DNA of 50,298 nucleotides from Gammaproteobacteria bacterium (GTDB lineage Bacteria; Pseudomonadota; Gammaproteobacteria; SZUA-152), in the NCBI GenBank assembly GCA_013151575.1, contig JAADHZ010000081.1:1-50298 (forward strand), given 5' to 3'. Both the position numbers and the translations under genes were made by a program. The notes under the pieces are model-generated. The model saw only the letters and a list, made by a program, of their open reading frames with translations, was not told where the DNA came from and did no database searches. This document shows, piece by piece, positions 18,842-29,158 of this stretch. Every line of letters begins with the position of its first letter. The first letter of the stretch is position 1.

Positions 18842-20245
18842 GTGCTAAGGGTTTTTCGACAATATATCCCCGTCCCCTTTTTGGTGCTCGCCGTCATTGA
18901 GTTTATTTTCTCTATGTCGTCGGTTTACCTGGGTGTGGAGCTGCATGAGCAGATTTCTGGCCTGGCCATTGGAATCGAACTTTACCCACTATGGCCGAAG
19001 GCACTGTTGGTGGCCGGAGTGGTGTTTATTTCTCTGGTTTCAACCGGGCTTTACCAGCGATGGTTCCGGTTTGCTTTGGCCGGGATGCTCGTCCGCGTGG
19101 GAATGGCCTTTTTGGTGGCCGCGCTTACATTGGTGACGATTTCCTACTTTATGCCCAATTTATATATGGAACGGGATGTTTTTATCATCAGCCTCCTGCT
19201 CTCCGTGGTTTTGGTGTCAGCGACAAGAGTTATGTTTGTTCACTGTCTTGATCAAAATATACTGAAGCGCCGTTTGATGGTGCTGGGTGCTGGCGAAACG
19301 GCTGCACAGGTTGCCCGGAACCTGCGCCGAAAAACGGACCAGCAGGGCTTTACTATCGTCGGTTATGTTCATGTGGTGGGTGAGCATGATGTGGTTGATG
19401 AAGAAAAAATTATTCGCACTGAAGGCACGTTGCTGGCGGAGGCCAAAGACAGACAGATTGATGAAATCGTGGTCGCCGTGGGGGAGAGACGTTGCAAAAA
19501 TTTCCCCGTGCACGACCTGCTGGATTGCAAACTTAGTGGCATTGATGTCGTGGATCTGCTGGGTTTTTTCGAGCGGGAAACAGGGAAAATTAAGTTGGAT
19601 ATCCTCACGCCCAGCGGAATGATTTTTTCTGATGGGTTCAATCAGGCCGGCAAGCAGGTGACCAGCAAACGCATTTTTGATGTACTGGTGAGTCTGGCGT
19701 TGCTGGCCGTATCGTGGCCAGTGATGCTGCTTGTTGCCCTGGCAATTTTTATCGAAAGTGGGTGCAAGGGTTCGATCCTGTATCGACAGATTCGTGTTGG
19801 CCAATACTGGAAGTTGTTCAGTGTCTACAAATTCCGCAGCATGCGTGAAGATGCGGAAAAAGACGGTGAGGCACAATGGGCGAAAAAAAATGACGACAGG
19901 ATAACGCGAGTCGGTCGTTTTGCTCGCCTCACTAGGCTGGATGAATTGCCGCAAATTTTCAATGTTTTAAAAGGCGACATGAGTTTCGTTGGTCCCCGTC
20001 CGGAACGGCCGAAATTTGTGACGCAGTTGTCTGAGAGAATCCCGTTTTACGCGGAACGGCATTATGTGAAACCAGGAATAACGGGTTGGGCCCAGATATG
20101 TTATCCCTACGGTGCATCCGAAAAGGATTCGCTTGAAAAGTTGCAATTTGATTTGTACTACATCAAAAATTACAGCTTGTTTCTTGATTTGGTCATTATT
20201 TTTCAAACGGCTCACGCAGTGCTTTGGGGAAAAGGGGGACGGTGA
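18842..20245 (+). CDS. Polyprenyl glycosylphosphotransferase (EpsB-like, PEP-CTERM system-associated sugar transferase)
   Basis: N-terminal TM helices, central Rossmann-like [14 protein letters not shown], and a C-terminal bacterial sugar transferase domain ([49 protein letters not shown]). The N-terminus [16 protein letters not shown] is typical of the PEP-CTERM-associated subfamily as I recall it. Confidence 0.85.
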   Translation: MLRVFRQYIPVPFLVLAVIEFIFSMSSVYLGVELHEQISGLAIGIELYPLWPKALLVAGVVFISLVSTGLYQRWFRFALAGMLVRVGMAFLVAALTLVTISYFMPNLYMERDVFIISLLLSVVLVSATRVMFVHCLDQNILKRRLMVLGAGETAAQVARNLRRKTDQQGFTIVGYVHVVGEHDVVDEEKIIRTEGTLLAEAKDRQIDEIVVAVGERRCKNFPVHDLLDCKLSGIDVVDLLGFFERETGKIKLDILTPSGMIFSDGFNQAGKQVTSKRIFDVLVSLALLAVSWPVMLLVALAIFIESGCKGSILYRQIRVGQYWKLFSVYKFRSMREDAEKDGEAQWAKKNDDRITRVGRFARLTRLDELPQIFNVLKGDMSFVGPRPERPKFVTQLSERIPFYAERHYVKPGITGWAQICYPYGASEKDSLEKLQFDLYYIKNYSLFLDLVIIFQTAHAVLWGKGGR

Positions 20246-20380
20246 TTGTGTTATGGCCGCCACGGCGATTGGTGGCTTGCTTTTCTCCGCCTTGTTTCGG
20301 TGAGCTGTCTGTGGAATGTTTTTCTCCCTCTGGGTCCGTGATTTCCTCCCTAACTTTTTTCCCTTCTTTTACAAAAGGTA

Positions 20381-22486
20381 TTGTGCGTGGGTTTTGAAAC
20401 GTCAGCCATAGGCTATTTTATAGCGGCGCTGGCGTTCCTGATTCTGGGGGTTATTTTTGTTGCCGCCTGGCACAAATCTGGGATCGGAAATGTCCTTGTC
20501 ATTGCCGTTTTTGGTAGCGTAGTTTGGGCTGCTGCCGCAGCTTATGAAGCTATCTTTGGTTTTTCCAGTTCGATTCTCGTGGCCAGCCTGGAATTGTTGC
20601 GTAGCGGAGCCTGGTTGGGGTTTTTGCTGGCCTTGCTTTTCAGGGTTAATTCGCTCGGCTGGTCGAGTGCATTTCTTCGGTTTTCGGTTGTGGGGGCTAC
20701 GGCCGTACTCGTTGTTGAAGGTGCCATTTTGGCGACGGCATCAGTATCGATTATTCCGTCAGTGGTCGGTTTTGACGCTCGTATCCTAGCCAATATTCTG
20801 CTGTCTCTTTTAGGCATTACGCTGGTTGAACAGCTGATTCGCAATACACCATCGGCCCAGCGATGGTCTATTAAGTTTTTGTGTCTTGGGCTGGGGGGGA
20901 TGTTTGCATTCGATTTTTACCTGTATTCCGATGCCTTATTGCTGAAAAATATTGATTCCGATATATGGGCTGCACGGGGTTTTGCGAACGCGATTATTGT
21001 GCCTCTCGTGGCAGTGTCTGCCGGGCGCAATCCGCAGTGGGATTTAGATATTTTTGTTTCGCGCTCATTCGTTTTTCACACAACAACACTGCTGATGACT
21101 GGAGCCTATTTGCTGGCAATGGCCTCTGGCGGTTATTACGTACGTATTTATGGCGGCACCTGGGGTGGTGTTGCGCAAATGATTTTTTTGTTTGGCGCGG
21201 TTGTTGTGCTGGTTGTTGTGCTTTTTTCTGGTCAAATGCGTGCTCGGTTGCGCGTTTTCATGTCAAAGAATTTTTTTAATTATCGGTACGATTATCGGGA
21301 AGAATGGCTGAAATTTATCAACACCCTGAGCAGCGACAAACTGGACTCCAATATTAAGGAAAGAGTCATCGCAGCGATTTCAGAAATTGTTGAAAGTCCG
21401 GCGGGGTTGTTGTGGTTAAAACGGGAAGATAGCCAATTTGTCATGACCAATTCCTGGAATATGGGCTTTTCACAAAATTATTCAGCGGATGACAACCATT
21501 CGCTGGTTGATTTTCTCAGATGGCGGCAATGGGTTGTCGATTTGGAAGAGTATAAAAGGCAACCAGAAATATACGAGGAACTGATTTTGCCCGATTGGTT
21601 GCTACGACTTGAATCCGCCTGGTTGATTGTGCCTTTGCTAGACCAGTTGGAACTACGGGGTTTCGTCGTGTTGACCCACTCACGGGCTAAAATGCCCATC
21701 AACTGGGAAGTCCGAGATCTTCTTCTCACCACCAGTCGGCAAGCCACCAATTATATTGCGTTGCTTGAGGCCAATGAGGCCCTGGTAGATGCACGACAAT
21801 TTGAGGCATTCAATCGTTTGTCTGCCTATGTAGTACATGATCTTAAAAATGTAGTTGCCCAGCTGTCTCTGGTGGTGTCAAACGCAGAAAAACACAAAGG
21901 CAACCCTGCTTTCATGGAAGATGCCATTGGGACCGTTCAGAATGCGGCAACAAAAATGAACAAAATGTTGGTACAGTTGCGCAAAGGTTCTACGGGTTCT
22001 GCCGAGCTATCGCGGATCGAATTGAATGGGTTGATGACAAAAGTGGTAGGGCGGCGTGTTCTTGAGCACCCCATTCCAGATTTTGTCGCTATGGGCGACA
22101 ATGTTTTTGTTGTCACGGACGCTGAACGACTCAGCACGGTGATAGAGCATCTTGTTCAAAATGCACAGGAAGCGACGCCGGATGCCGGGGAGGTGACCGT
22201 GTCCCTCAGCTGCACGGGTGAATTCGCTACCATTTCAATTGCCGACAATGGCTGTGGCATGGATGAAAAATTTGTGCAGGAACGACTGTTTCGGCCTTTC
22301 GATACCACGAAGGGTAATGCAGGAATGGGGATAGGTGTGTATGAGAGTCGTGAATTTGTCCGGGGACATGGCGGGTCCATCAATGTGCAGACCCGTCCTG
22401 GAAAAGGGACGGTTTTTCGGGTGAATCTCAAGATTGCGGATCAGGTGCCGAAACTTGATGATAACCCGATAAATTCTGCTATTTAA
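20381..22486 (+). CDS. prsK: PEP-CTERM system histidine kinase PrsK
   Basis: About 9 TM helices in the first ~290 aa, a GAF-like middle, H-box SAYVVHDLKNVVAQL, and HATPase motifs (HLVQNAQEA, DNGCGM, GMGIGVY). Followed by PrsR and PrsT. Start is TTG at 20381 or GTG at 20387. Confidence 0.8.
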   Translation: MCVGFETSAIGYFIAALAFLILGVIFVAAWHKSGIGNVLVIAVFGSVVWAAAAAYEAIFGFSSSILVASLELLRSGAWLGFLLALLFRVNSLGWSSAFLRFSVVGATAVLVVEGAILATASVSIIPSVVGFDARILANILLSLLGITLVEQLIRNTPSAQRWSIKFLCLGLGGMFAFDFYLYSDALLLKNIDSDIWAARGFANAIIVPLVAVSAGRNPQWDLDIFVSRSFVFHTTTLLMTGAYLLAMASGGYYVRIYGGTWGGVAQMIFLFGAVVVLVVVLFSGQMRARLRVFMSKNFFNYRYDYREEWLKFINTLSSDKLDSNIKERVIAAISEIVESPAGLLWLKREDSQFVMTNSWNMGFSQNYSADDNHSLVDFLRWRQWVVDLEEYKRQPEIYEELILPDWLLRLESAWLIVPLLDQLELRGFVVLTHSRAKMPINWEVRDLLLTTSRQATNYIALLEANEALVDARQFEAFNRLSAYVVHDLKNVVAQLSLVVSNAEKHKGNPAFMEDAIGTVQNAATKMNKMLVQLRKGSTGSAELSRIELNGLMTKVVGRRVLEHPIPDFVAMGDNVFVVTDAERLSTVIEHLVQNAQEATPDAGEVTVSLSCTGEFATISIADNGCGMDEKFVQERLFRPFDTTKGNAGMGIGVYESREFVRGHGGSINVQTRPGKGTVFRVNLKIADQVPKLDDNPINSAI

Positions 22487-22596
22487 ACAAAGTGTTTTCG
22501 GTCATCGCGAAACGTCACGTTCAACATCGGGGCTACGAAATCTTAGGGATGCCTGAGCCATCCCGGCAACCTACTTAATGATCATGGTGTTTATAT

Positions 22597-23955
22597 ATGG
22601 CAAAGCAGAATCCCAGACCATTGCTGATAGTAGAAGATGACCCTGGTCTGCAAAGCCAGTTACGTTGGTGTTTTGACGAATACGACGTTATTTTTGCTGG
22701 CGATCGCGAAGCGGCCATTACGGAATTGCGTCGACACGAACCTCCCGTCATCACGCTAGACTTGGGGCTTCCCCCTGACCCTACCAACGCAACGGAAGGG
22801 CTCGCCACGCTAGAGGAAATTCTTCGTCTGGCGCCTCACACAAAAGTCATCGTCGTTACGGGAAACGACAATAGAGAGAATGCACTGAAGGCCATTTCCC
22901 TGGGCGCTTATGATTATTACCAAAAACCGATTGATCCCGCTCTGCTGGGGTTGATTATTGACCGCGCGAAAAACTTGTACGACATCGAAGCGGAAAACCG
23001 TCGCTTATCGCAAAATAATGCGAATTCACAATTGGAAGGCGTTATTGCGGCCAGCCCTCAGATGGTAAAAACCTGCCGGGTGGTGGAAAAAGTAGGGCCG
23101 GCGGACATCACAGCACTTATTTTGGGTGAAAGTGGTACTGGCAAAGAACTGGTCGCCCGATCACTGCATGAGTTGAGTGCACGCAGAAACAAACCCTTTG
23201 TCGCTATAAACTGCGCAGCCATCCCCGAAAACCTGCTGGAAAGCGAGCTGTTTGGTTTTGAAAAAGGGGCCTTCACCGGAGCCAACAAACAAGTACGCGG
23301 TAAGATCGAATACGCCGAGGGTGGTACCTTCTTTCTGGACGAAGTGGGCGACCTGCCAATGGCCTTGCAAGCAAAAATGTTGCGTTTTTTGCAAGAACGG
23401 GTGATTGAACGAATTGGTGGGCGCCAGGAAATTTCGGTGGATGTCAGGGTTATCTGCGCTACCCACCAAAACCTTGAAGCCTTGATCGAAAGCCAGCGCT
23501 TTCGTGAGGATCTTTTTTATAGAATTAGTGAAGTCAACATCAGCATACCGCCGTTACGTGATCGTGAAGGTGATGTCACGCTGCTGGCGCGAATTTTTCT
23601 TGGGCGGTTTTGTGAGCAATTAGGCCGCGCCATCAACGGCTTTACTGCCGAAGCGATTGACAGCATGGGGCATTACGGCTGGCCGGGAAATGTTCGGGAG
23701 TTGGAAAATAAAGTGAAACGCGCGGTGATAATGGCCGACGGCAACAAAATCACCGCTGAAGACCTTGACCTGAAAGCAGCCAGCGACACAGGGGAACACT
23801 ATCTGAACCTTCGCGAAGTCCGTGACAATGCGGAGCGCGGAGCGTTGCAAAATGCTATTGCCTTGACTCATGGCCAAGTATCGAAAGCGGCAGATCTGCT
23901 AGGGGTTAGTCGTCCCACATTGTATGATCTGATGAACAAACATGGACTACGGTAA
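22597..23955 (+). CDS. prsR: Sigma-54-dependent response regulator PrsR (PEP-CTERM-box regulator)
   Basis: REC domain (LLIVEDDPGL, ITLDLGLPP), AAA+ activator (GESGTGKELVARSLH, GAFTGA in FEKGAFTGA), Fis-type HTH (AADLLGVSRPTLYDLMNKHGL). Confidence 0.85.
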   Translation: MAKQNPRPLLIVEDDPGLQSQLRWCFDEYDVIFAGDREAAITELRRHEPPVITLDLGLPPDPTNATEGLATLEEILRLAPHTKVIVVTGNDNRENALKAISLGAYDYYQKPIDPALLGLIIDRAKNLYDIEAENRRLSQNNANSQLEGVIAASPQMVKTCRVVEKVGPADITALILGESGTGKELVARSLHELSARRNKPFVAINCAAIPENLLESELFGFEKGAFTGANKQVRGKIEYAEGGTFFLDEVGDLPMALQAKMLRFLQERVIERIGGRQEISVDVRVICATHQNLEALIESQRFREDLFYRISEVNISIPPLRDREGDVTLLARIFLGRFCEQLGRAINGFTAEAIDSMGHYGWPGNVRELENKVKRAVIMADGNKITAEDLDLKAASDTGEHYLNLREVRDNAERGALQNAIALTHGQVSKAADLLGVSRPTLYDLMNKHGLR

Positions 23956-24017
23956 CTTGAATTTGTGGCTCAAAAACTGAGTGCAGCCTATTTCCCTCAC
24001 GAAAAATAGTGGACACA

Positions 24018-26816
24018 ATGAATATGATGAGCAAAATTGCACGTAATTCCCGTGGCCCAAAAATAATAATTTTTGTTCTGGCATTTTTGTTGGCCTCCTG
24101 TGGAAAAGGCTCTACTACGGCAACTGAGTATCTCGAGAGAGGGAAGCAGTATTTTGCCAACGGAGAATACCAGGCCGCGGTTATTGAATATAAAAATGCT
24201 GTTCAGCAAGACCCCAAAAACCTAGAGGCACGTTTGCAATTAGGTGAATATTACATTTTTCTAGGGCTTTCGGCAGCGGCAGAAAAAGAAGTAAAACGCG
24301 CGATTGATCTCGGGGGGAAAACACCACGTTCCACACAAATATTGGGGGACACTTATCTGCTACAAAGAAAGTATCAACATATTATTGATGCTGTTGCAGC
24401 AATTTCCCCTCCGCTATCCTCAGAATTGCTGGTATTGCGCGGTAGCGCTTATCTTGGGCTTCAAAACAAACCTGAAGCACTGGAGAGTTTTAAACAGGCG
24501 GAAGCGCTTTCACCTGGCCTCTCGTCCGCAAAAATAGGCCTGGCCAAATTGGCAGTATTGGACGGAAATCATGATAAAGCCTTCAGTATTTTGGATGCGT
24601 TACTCAAAGGAAATACATCGCAGCCAAAAGTGTGGCATGTAAAAGGGCAAATCGCTTATTCGCTGGGCAAGTACCCGCAGGCACAGATAGCATTTGAAAA
24701 AGTGATTGCACTGAGCCCCAAAAAAGTGGTTTCACGAATGGTGGTTGATGCGGAGATCGGCCTTGCCCGCAGCCTGATTGCACAGAATAATGATAAAGAA
24801 GCTCAAGTTGTCGTCGAGCGTCTGCTCGCAAAAAAGCTAAACCATCCCGCCCCACAATATTTCAATGCCATGCTGGCATATCGGGCTGGCGACTTCGAAA
24901 AAGCCAAGCAAAATTTACAGGATGTGTTGCGTAAATTCCCTGGCCACCAGTTAAGCAATCTTTTGCTCGGCGGAGTCCACTATGCACGACAGGATTTTGA
25001 ACAAGCAGAAATGTATTTAAATCGTTTTGTTACCGCGATGCCTTCACATCTTGAGGGTCGAAAATTATTGGCTGCTACACGCTTAAAACAAAATCAGCCC
25101 GATGAAGCACTGTCAATTTTGTCCTCTCAAATTGATGCGTCCAGCAACGATATTCAACTCCTGACTTTGGTGGGAAGAGCGGCGCTGGCAGGCGGTAATT
25201 ATGGTCAGGCGGTGAAATATTTGAAGAAAGCGGTTTCTATTGATCCCGAGGCGACATCTGTCAGGGCGGAGCTTGCGAAAGTGTACATGAGCAGCGGTCA
25301 GTTTGGGGCGGCGCTGGAGGAACTCGAGCAGCTTGAATTGCGAGATAAAAAGAAAGCCCTGATGTTGAAGGTGTTGACGCTTTTGCGTAAGAGAGACAAT
25401 ACCGAAGCCCTCCATATTGCCCGAGAGATGGTGAAAAAGTCTCCCGATGATCCCGGCACACACACATTACTTGCCGGCGTCTATTTGCTCGGAGGCAGTC
25501 GGCAGGCTGCTAGAGATGAATACGCCAAGGCTGCATTACTGGATAACCAACACATCCCTTCACGATTACTCCTGGGAAGGCTTGATCTGGAGGACAAAAA
25601 ATTACAAGACGCGGAGCATCGCTTTGACGAAGTCTTGTTGCTGGATTCTGCAAATATCGCTGCCATGATTGGGCATGCTCAGGTGGCAGAATTGAATAGG
25701 GACAACAACACGGTAAAGGACTGGCTTGAAAAAGCTCGTGCGGTCAATGACAAGGCGTTTCTTCCACGGTTTTTGCTTGCCAAATTTTATCTGGGCATGC
25801 GGGATGCAAAAAATGCGCTTGTTATCGCCGACGAAATGGAAAAGCTACAGCCGACCAATTCCGATATGTACAGTCTTCGTGGTGAAGCGCTATTGGCCTT
25901 GGGCCGGGGTGAAGAGGCCGTTTCGGTTTATCAGGAATGGGCTCAGGAGAAACCTAAAAATCTCATGGCTCATTACAAACTTGGTTATGCCTATTTTGCC
26001 AATGGTGCCTTTGAGAAGGCAGAGGTTGCGTTAAATCAATCTGTCGCCATCGATACAAAATTTGTCCCGGCCCGTTCTTTGATGGTGCTGGTTGATTTGA
26101 GAAATAATAACGTCTCAAGCGCTAAGTCTCGTATTGCCAAGATCAAAAAAATAGCAAAAAAATCGCCGGTAGGTTATGTGCTTGCCGGGAATGTTGCCAT
26201 GCAGGAAAAAAAATACACACAGGCTATGAATGAGTACCGGGTAGCGCTTGATAAAGAAGAGAAAACATCGACGCTGAATAAATATCATCTGGCATTATTG
26301 CGTGCTGGAAAGGCCGAAAAAGCGATTAGTGAAAGTAGAAAGTGGCTGGAGAAATTTCCTGATGATGTCGCTGCGCAATTATTGTTAGCTAAGACTTATG
26401 CAGAGCTGGACAGAAAAACCGATGCAGAACGAGAATACCGTTCGCTACTACAAAAAAACAACGACAGTGTTATCGTGCTGAATAACCTTGCATGGCTTCT
26501 GTTCGAAATGAAAAAGCTGAATGAGGCACTGCTATTGTCGGAAAAGGCTTACAAACTGGCACCACGTAACGGTGCGGTGGTGGATACGCTGGGGTGGTTG
26601 CTGGTGAAAAATGGAAACCTCAGTAAGGGGGGGGCACTATTGGAAAAAGCTGCTGAACTCACAAAAAATAACCCCGATGTAAATTATCACCTAGCTTATG
26701 TGTTCGCAGAGCAAGGAAAAGTTAACAAGGCGCGCGACTTGCTCAAGGAGGTCTTGGCCTATAAGACCTCTTTCCAGGGGCGGGCGGATGCTCAAAGGTT
26801 GTTGGATGGCCTGTGA
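24018..26816 (+). CDS. prsT: PEP-CTERM system TPR-repeat lipoprotein PrsT
   Basis: Lipobox AFLLASC-GKG followed by about 900 aa of TPR repeats. Positioned after prsK-prsR. Several candidate starts between 24009 and 24027. Confidence 0.8.
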   Translation: MNMMSKIARNSRGPKIIIFVLAFLLASCGKGSTTATEYLERGKQYFANGEYQAAVIEYKNAVQQDPKNLEARLQLGEYYIFLGLSAAAEKEVKRAIDLGGKTPRSTQILGDTYLLQRKYQHIIDAVAAISPPLSSELLVLRGSAYLGLQNKPEALESFKQAEALSPGLSSAKIGLAKLAVLDGNHDKAFSILDALLKGNTSQPKVWHVKGQIAYSLGKYPQAQIAFEKVIALSPKKVVSRMVVDAEIGLARSLIAQNNDKEAQVVVERLLAKKLNHPAPQYFNAMLAYRAGDFEKAKQNLQDVLRKFPGHQLSNLLLGGVHYARQDFEQAEMYLNRFVTAMPSHLEGRKLLAATRLKQNQPDEALSILSSQIDASSNDIQLLTLVGRAALAGGNYGQAVKYLKKAVSIDPEATSVRAELAKVYMSSGQFGAALEELEQLELRDKKKALMLKVLTLLRKRDNTEALHIAREMVKKSPDDPGTHTLLAGVYLLGGSRQAARDEYAKAALLDNQHIPSRLLLGRLDLEDKKLQDAEHRFDEVLLLDSANIAAMIGHAQVAELNRDNNTVKDWLEKARAVNDKAFLPRFLLAKFYLGMRDAKNALVIADEMEKLQPTNSDMYSLRGEALLALGRGEEAVSVYQEWAQEKPKNLMAHYKLGYAYFANGAFEKAEVALNQSVAIDTKFVPARSLMVLVDLRNNNVSSAKSRIAKIKKIAKKSPVGYVLAGNVAMQEKKYTQAMNEYRVALDKEEKTSTLNKYHLALLRAGKAEKAISESRKWLEKFPDDVAAQLLLAKTYAELDRKTDAEREYRSLLQKNNDSVIVLNNLAWLLFEMKKLNEALLLSEKAYKLAPRNGAVVDTLGWLLVKNGNLSKGGALLEKAAELTKNNPDVNYHLAYVFAEQGKVNKARDLLKEVLAYKTSFQGRADAQRLLDGL

Positions 26817-27197
26817 TCGCGATTTCAGGTGAGGCGTTCAACAGTGGTGGGCAATGATGGGTTCCGGGGGCGCAAGAGGGTTTCTGAGAGATGGCTGCGT
26901 GACGAGTAGTACGATGAATTTGGCATGCTTTTTTTAGGGGGATAACAATTTTTGATAACCCTAAGGGTAAGGGCTCGTTTTTTCATCCCTCAGTATTGTT
27001 GTTCACTCATGTGGAATAACCACGCCGCACTCGCGCTGCCTTGATGGATAAAGTCAGATGGTGGCTTCGAGGCTTCCATCTCTTCAGAGTCAGAGCAGGA
27101 TGTGCCATCCTTTTCATCAGTTATAACGGCCTCTAATATCCGCTGATAGGTTATATTTTCACCCCTGTTTTTTGAAGAGCCTGAATTTATGATCAAA

Positions 27198-28367
27198 TTA
27201 CGTCGTAGTACCGCAACGACAACGTACCGAGGAGCAATTATCGTTCCCGCATACCGGCATTTTCATTTGGCTGACATAATGCCGTTGTGACCATGGCAAT
27301 AAGATGCGCTTCATCATGGACATTCGATAAAAACTGCGTAGAAATCCACGGATGTCTGCTTGGCGAGTGGTTAGCCTTAGAAAAAATCGGTAACCACGAT
27401 TGCGCATTTTAGAATATAGCAAGCGATTCACTACCGAGGTTTGTAGTTGCCGGACCAAGGCCTGTTGCCATCGCGTATTGTAATCATCGCCGTCAATAAT
27501 GCTTTGCGCCGCTAGAGTTCCTGATGTCATCGCGTGACGCATGCCGAAACCCCACAAGGTATCCTGAAAACCGGCCTGTTCCCCCACAATGGGATGGCCA
27601 CCATGAATGGCATTAAGGGGAACATGAAAATTACCCACGCCGCCATGGGGACGGGGATTGTGCATTTTCAAACCCAGCAGTCTTTCGAAAGCCTCGACGG
27701 TACGTTCAATATAACGTTGCTTGTGTTTAAAGCGGGAAAACATGCAACTTTTTATCGTGCCCTTACCATTCATGATAAGCAGGTAGGCGTATCCTTTGGG
27801 GGCGAGGTTATCGTCGCAAATCACCCAAAAACCGTTTTCTTTGTCCGTTTCAAAATGAAAACCAACGGCAATGGCATCTGCCGCCTGCGGCCCGGTGGCC
27901 AGTATGCCCGGCCCATCCAACGAACGCAGGCGGCTGTTAAATTTCACATCCACCCCCAATGACAAGGCCTGATTCAGCAACGCGGTGTCGAATGACTCCG
28001 GCCCCGGTCCGCGTTCCACCATATAAAAAAGAGGCTCCTGACAATTAATGGGATAAGCATTATCCCACGCGTCGTATGCTGTGCCCTGCAAACTCGGTTG
28101 CACTGCAAAATCGGTACTGAAACCAAGGTCGCGCATGTCATCCAGCACATCCTGCTCCGTGGACCAGTTTTCCAGCCCTTGAAGATCTGCTCCAAAACGG
28201 TGGCCCACCTCATTCTGTGCTTCATGCACAACGACGGGCACCCCTGCATGGGCGAAGGTAATGGCCGCAGCCAGGCCGGAGGGGCCAGCACCAGCAATTT
28301 GTACGGTGTCACCCGGTTGGTAGCTTTTTACGGTATTGCTGTTTCTCACAATTGATACTCCTTGCAT
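27198..28367 (-). CDS. FAD-dependent oxidoreductase (geranylgeranyl-reductase-like) with a Cys-rich C-terminal tail
   Basis: Dinucleotide fold GAGPSGLAAAITFAHAGVPVVVHE. C-terminus VCGNDNCSSVRCRCG. 18-nt gap after the HD-GYP gene. Confidence 0.65.
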   Translation of the reverse strand: MQGVSIVRNSNTVKSYQPGDTVQIAGAGPSGLAAAITFAHAGVPVVVHEAQNEVGHRFGADLQGLENWSTEQDVLDDMRDLGFSTDFAVQPSLQGTAYDAWDNAYPINCQEPLFYMVERGPGPESFDTALLNQALSLGVDVKFNSRLRSLDGPGILATGPQAADAIAVGFHFETDKENGFWVICDDNLAPKGYAYLLIMNGKGTIKSCMFSRFKHKQRYIERTVEAFERLLGLKMHNPRPHGGVGNFHVPLNAIHGGHPIVGEQAGFQDTLWGFGMRHAMTSGTLAAQSIIDGDDYNTRWQQALVRQLQTSVVNRLLYSKMRNRGYRFFLRLTTRQADIRGFLRSFYRMSMMKRILLPWSQRHYVSQMKMPVCGNDNCSSVRCRCGTTT

Positions 28368-28385
28368 GCGCCCTCGGCGAATGCT

Positions 28386-29147
28386 TCATTCAAAACCGGG
28401 GTGCGTTACACATTTCATTTCCACCATTTCTTGCAAAGTTCCGGCTTTGTCGAGAAAGACCTCTACGGCTTGTGGGTCAAATTGCGATTTGGACATTTTT
28501 TTAATTTCCGTCTTGGCGGCATCAAAGGAAAGCGCCTTGCGATAAGGTCTGTCCGATGTCATCGCATCCAGCGTATCGACAACCGCAAATAACCGCGCGC
28601 CCCAGGGGATCTCATCGCCTTGTAAACCTCTGGGATAGCCGTTGCCATCAAAGCGTTCTTCATGGCATAAAATAATGTCAGCAGCCTCTCGCATAAATGG
28701 CACGGCGGCGACGATGTCGTAACCTTGCAGAGAATGCTTACGCATGATTTCCCATTCGTGGTTATTTAATGGCCCCCGCTTTAACAATATGGCATCGGGT
28801 GTCGCTATTTTTCCAATATCATGTAGCAAGGCTCCCCAATAAATTTGGTGCAGCTTATCCCTGCCCGAGATAGATTCTCGCGCCAGCACCATTGTGTGAC
28901 AAGCTACTCGTTTTGAATGCAGGCCGGTTTCATGCTCTCGGGCATCCAGCGCGGTTACCAAGCTTTCTGCAAATGCTAAATATGCTTCATCACGCGCGCG
29001 TTGATTGTTGTCCTGCGCCAGTTGGCCTAGATAGCAGCCTTCGCAACAAAAAAAATTTCCGCCATAGGGTATTGCGCCGTTATTGGGTAACGGTTTCCCA
29101 CACCAGTTGCATTGTTCACCTACCTGAATCTGCGGTGTGATCATCAT
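28386..29147 (-). CDS. HD-GYP domain phosphodiesterase with an N-terminal Cys-rich (TRASH-like) module
   Basis: HD motif (LLHDIGKI) and the HD-GYP signature HEERFDGNGYPRGL. The residue before it is Cys (LCHEERFDG) where HHE is usual. N-terminus has CNWC-x17-CCEGC. Confidence 0.85.
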   Translation of the reverse strand: MMITPQIQVGEQCNWCGKPLPNNGAIPYGGNFFCCEGCYLGQLAQDNNQRARDEAYLAFAESLVTALDAREHETGLHSKRVACHTMVLARESISGRDKLHQIYWGALLHDIGKIATPDAILLKRGPLNNHEWEIMRKHSLQGYDIVAAVPFMREAADIILCHEERFDGNGYPRGLQGDEIPWGARLFAVVDTLDAMTSDRPYRKALSFDAAKTEIKKMSKSQFDPQAVEVFLDKAGTLQEMVEMKCVTHPGFE

Positions 29148-29158
29148 TTTTCCCCGGG

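Noticed and set aside
26990-27196. 68-aa ORF (TTG start) abutting the stop of the FAD oxidoreductase gene.
   Set aside because: Non-ATG start, no motif, an acidic low-complexity product and no visible RBS. It cannot be supported as a gene from sequence alone.
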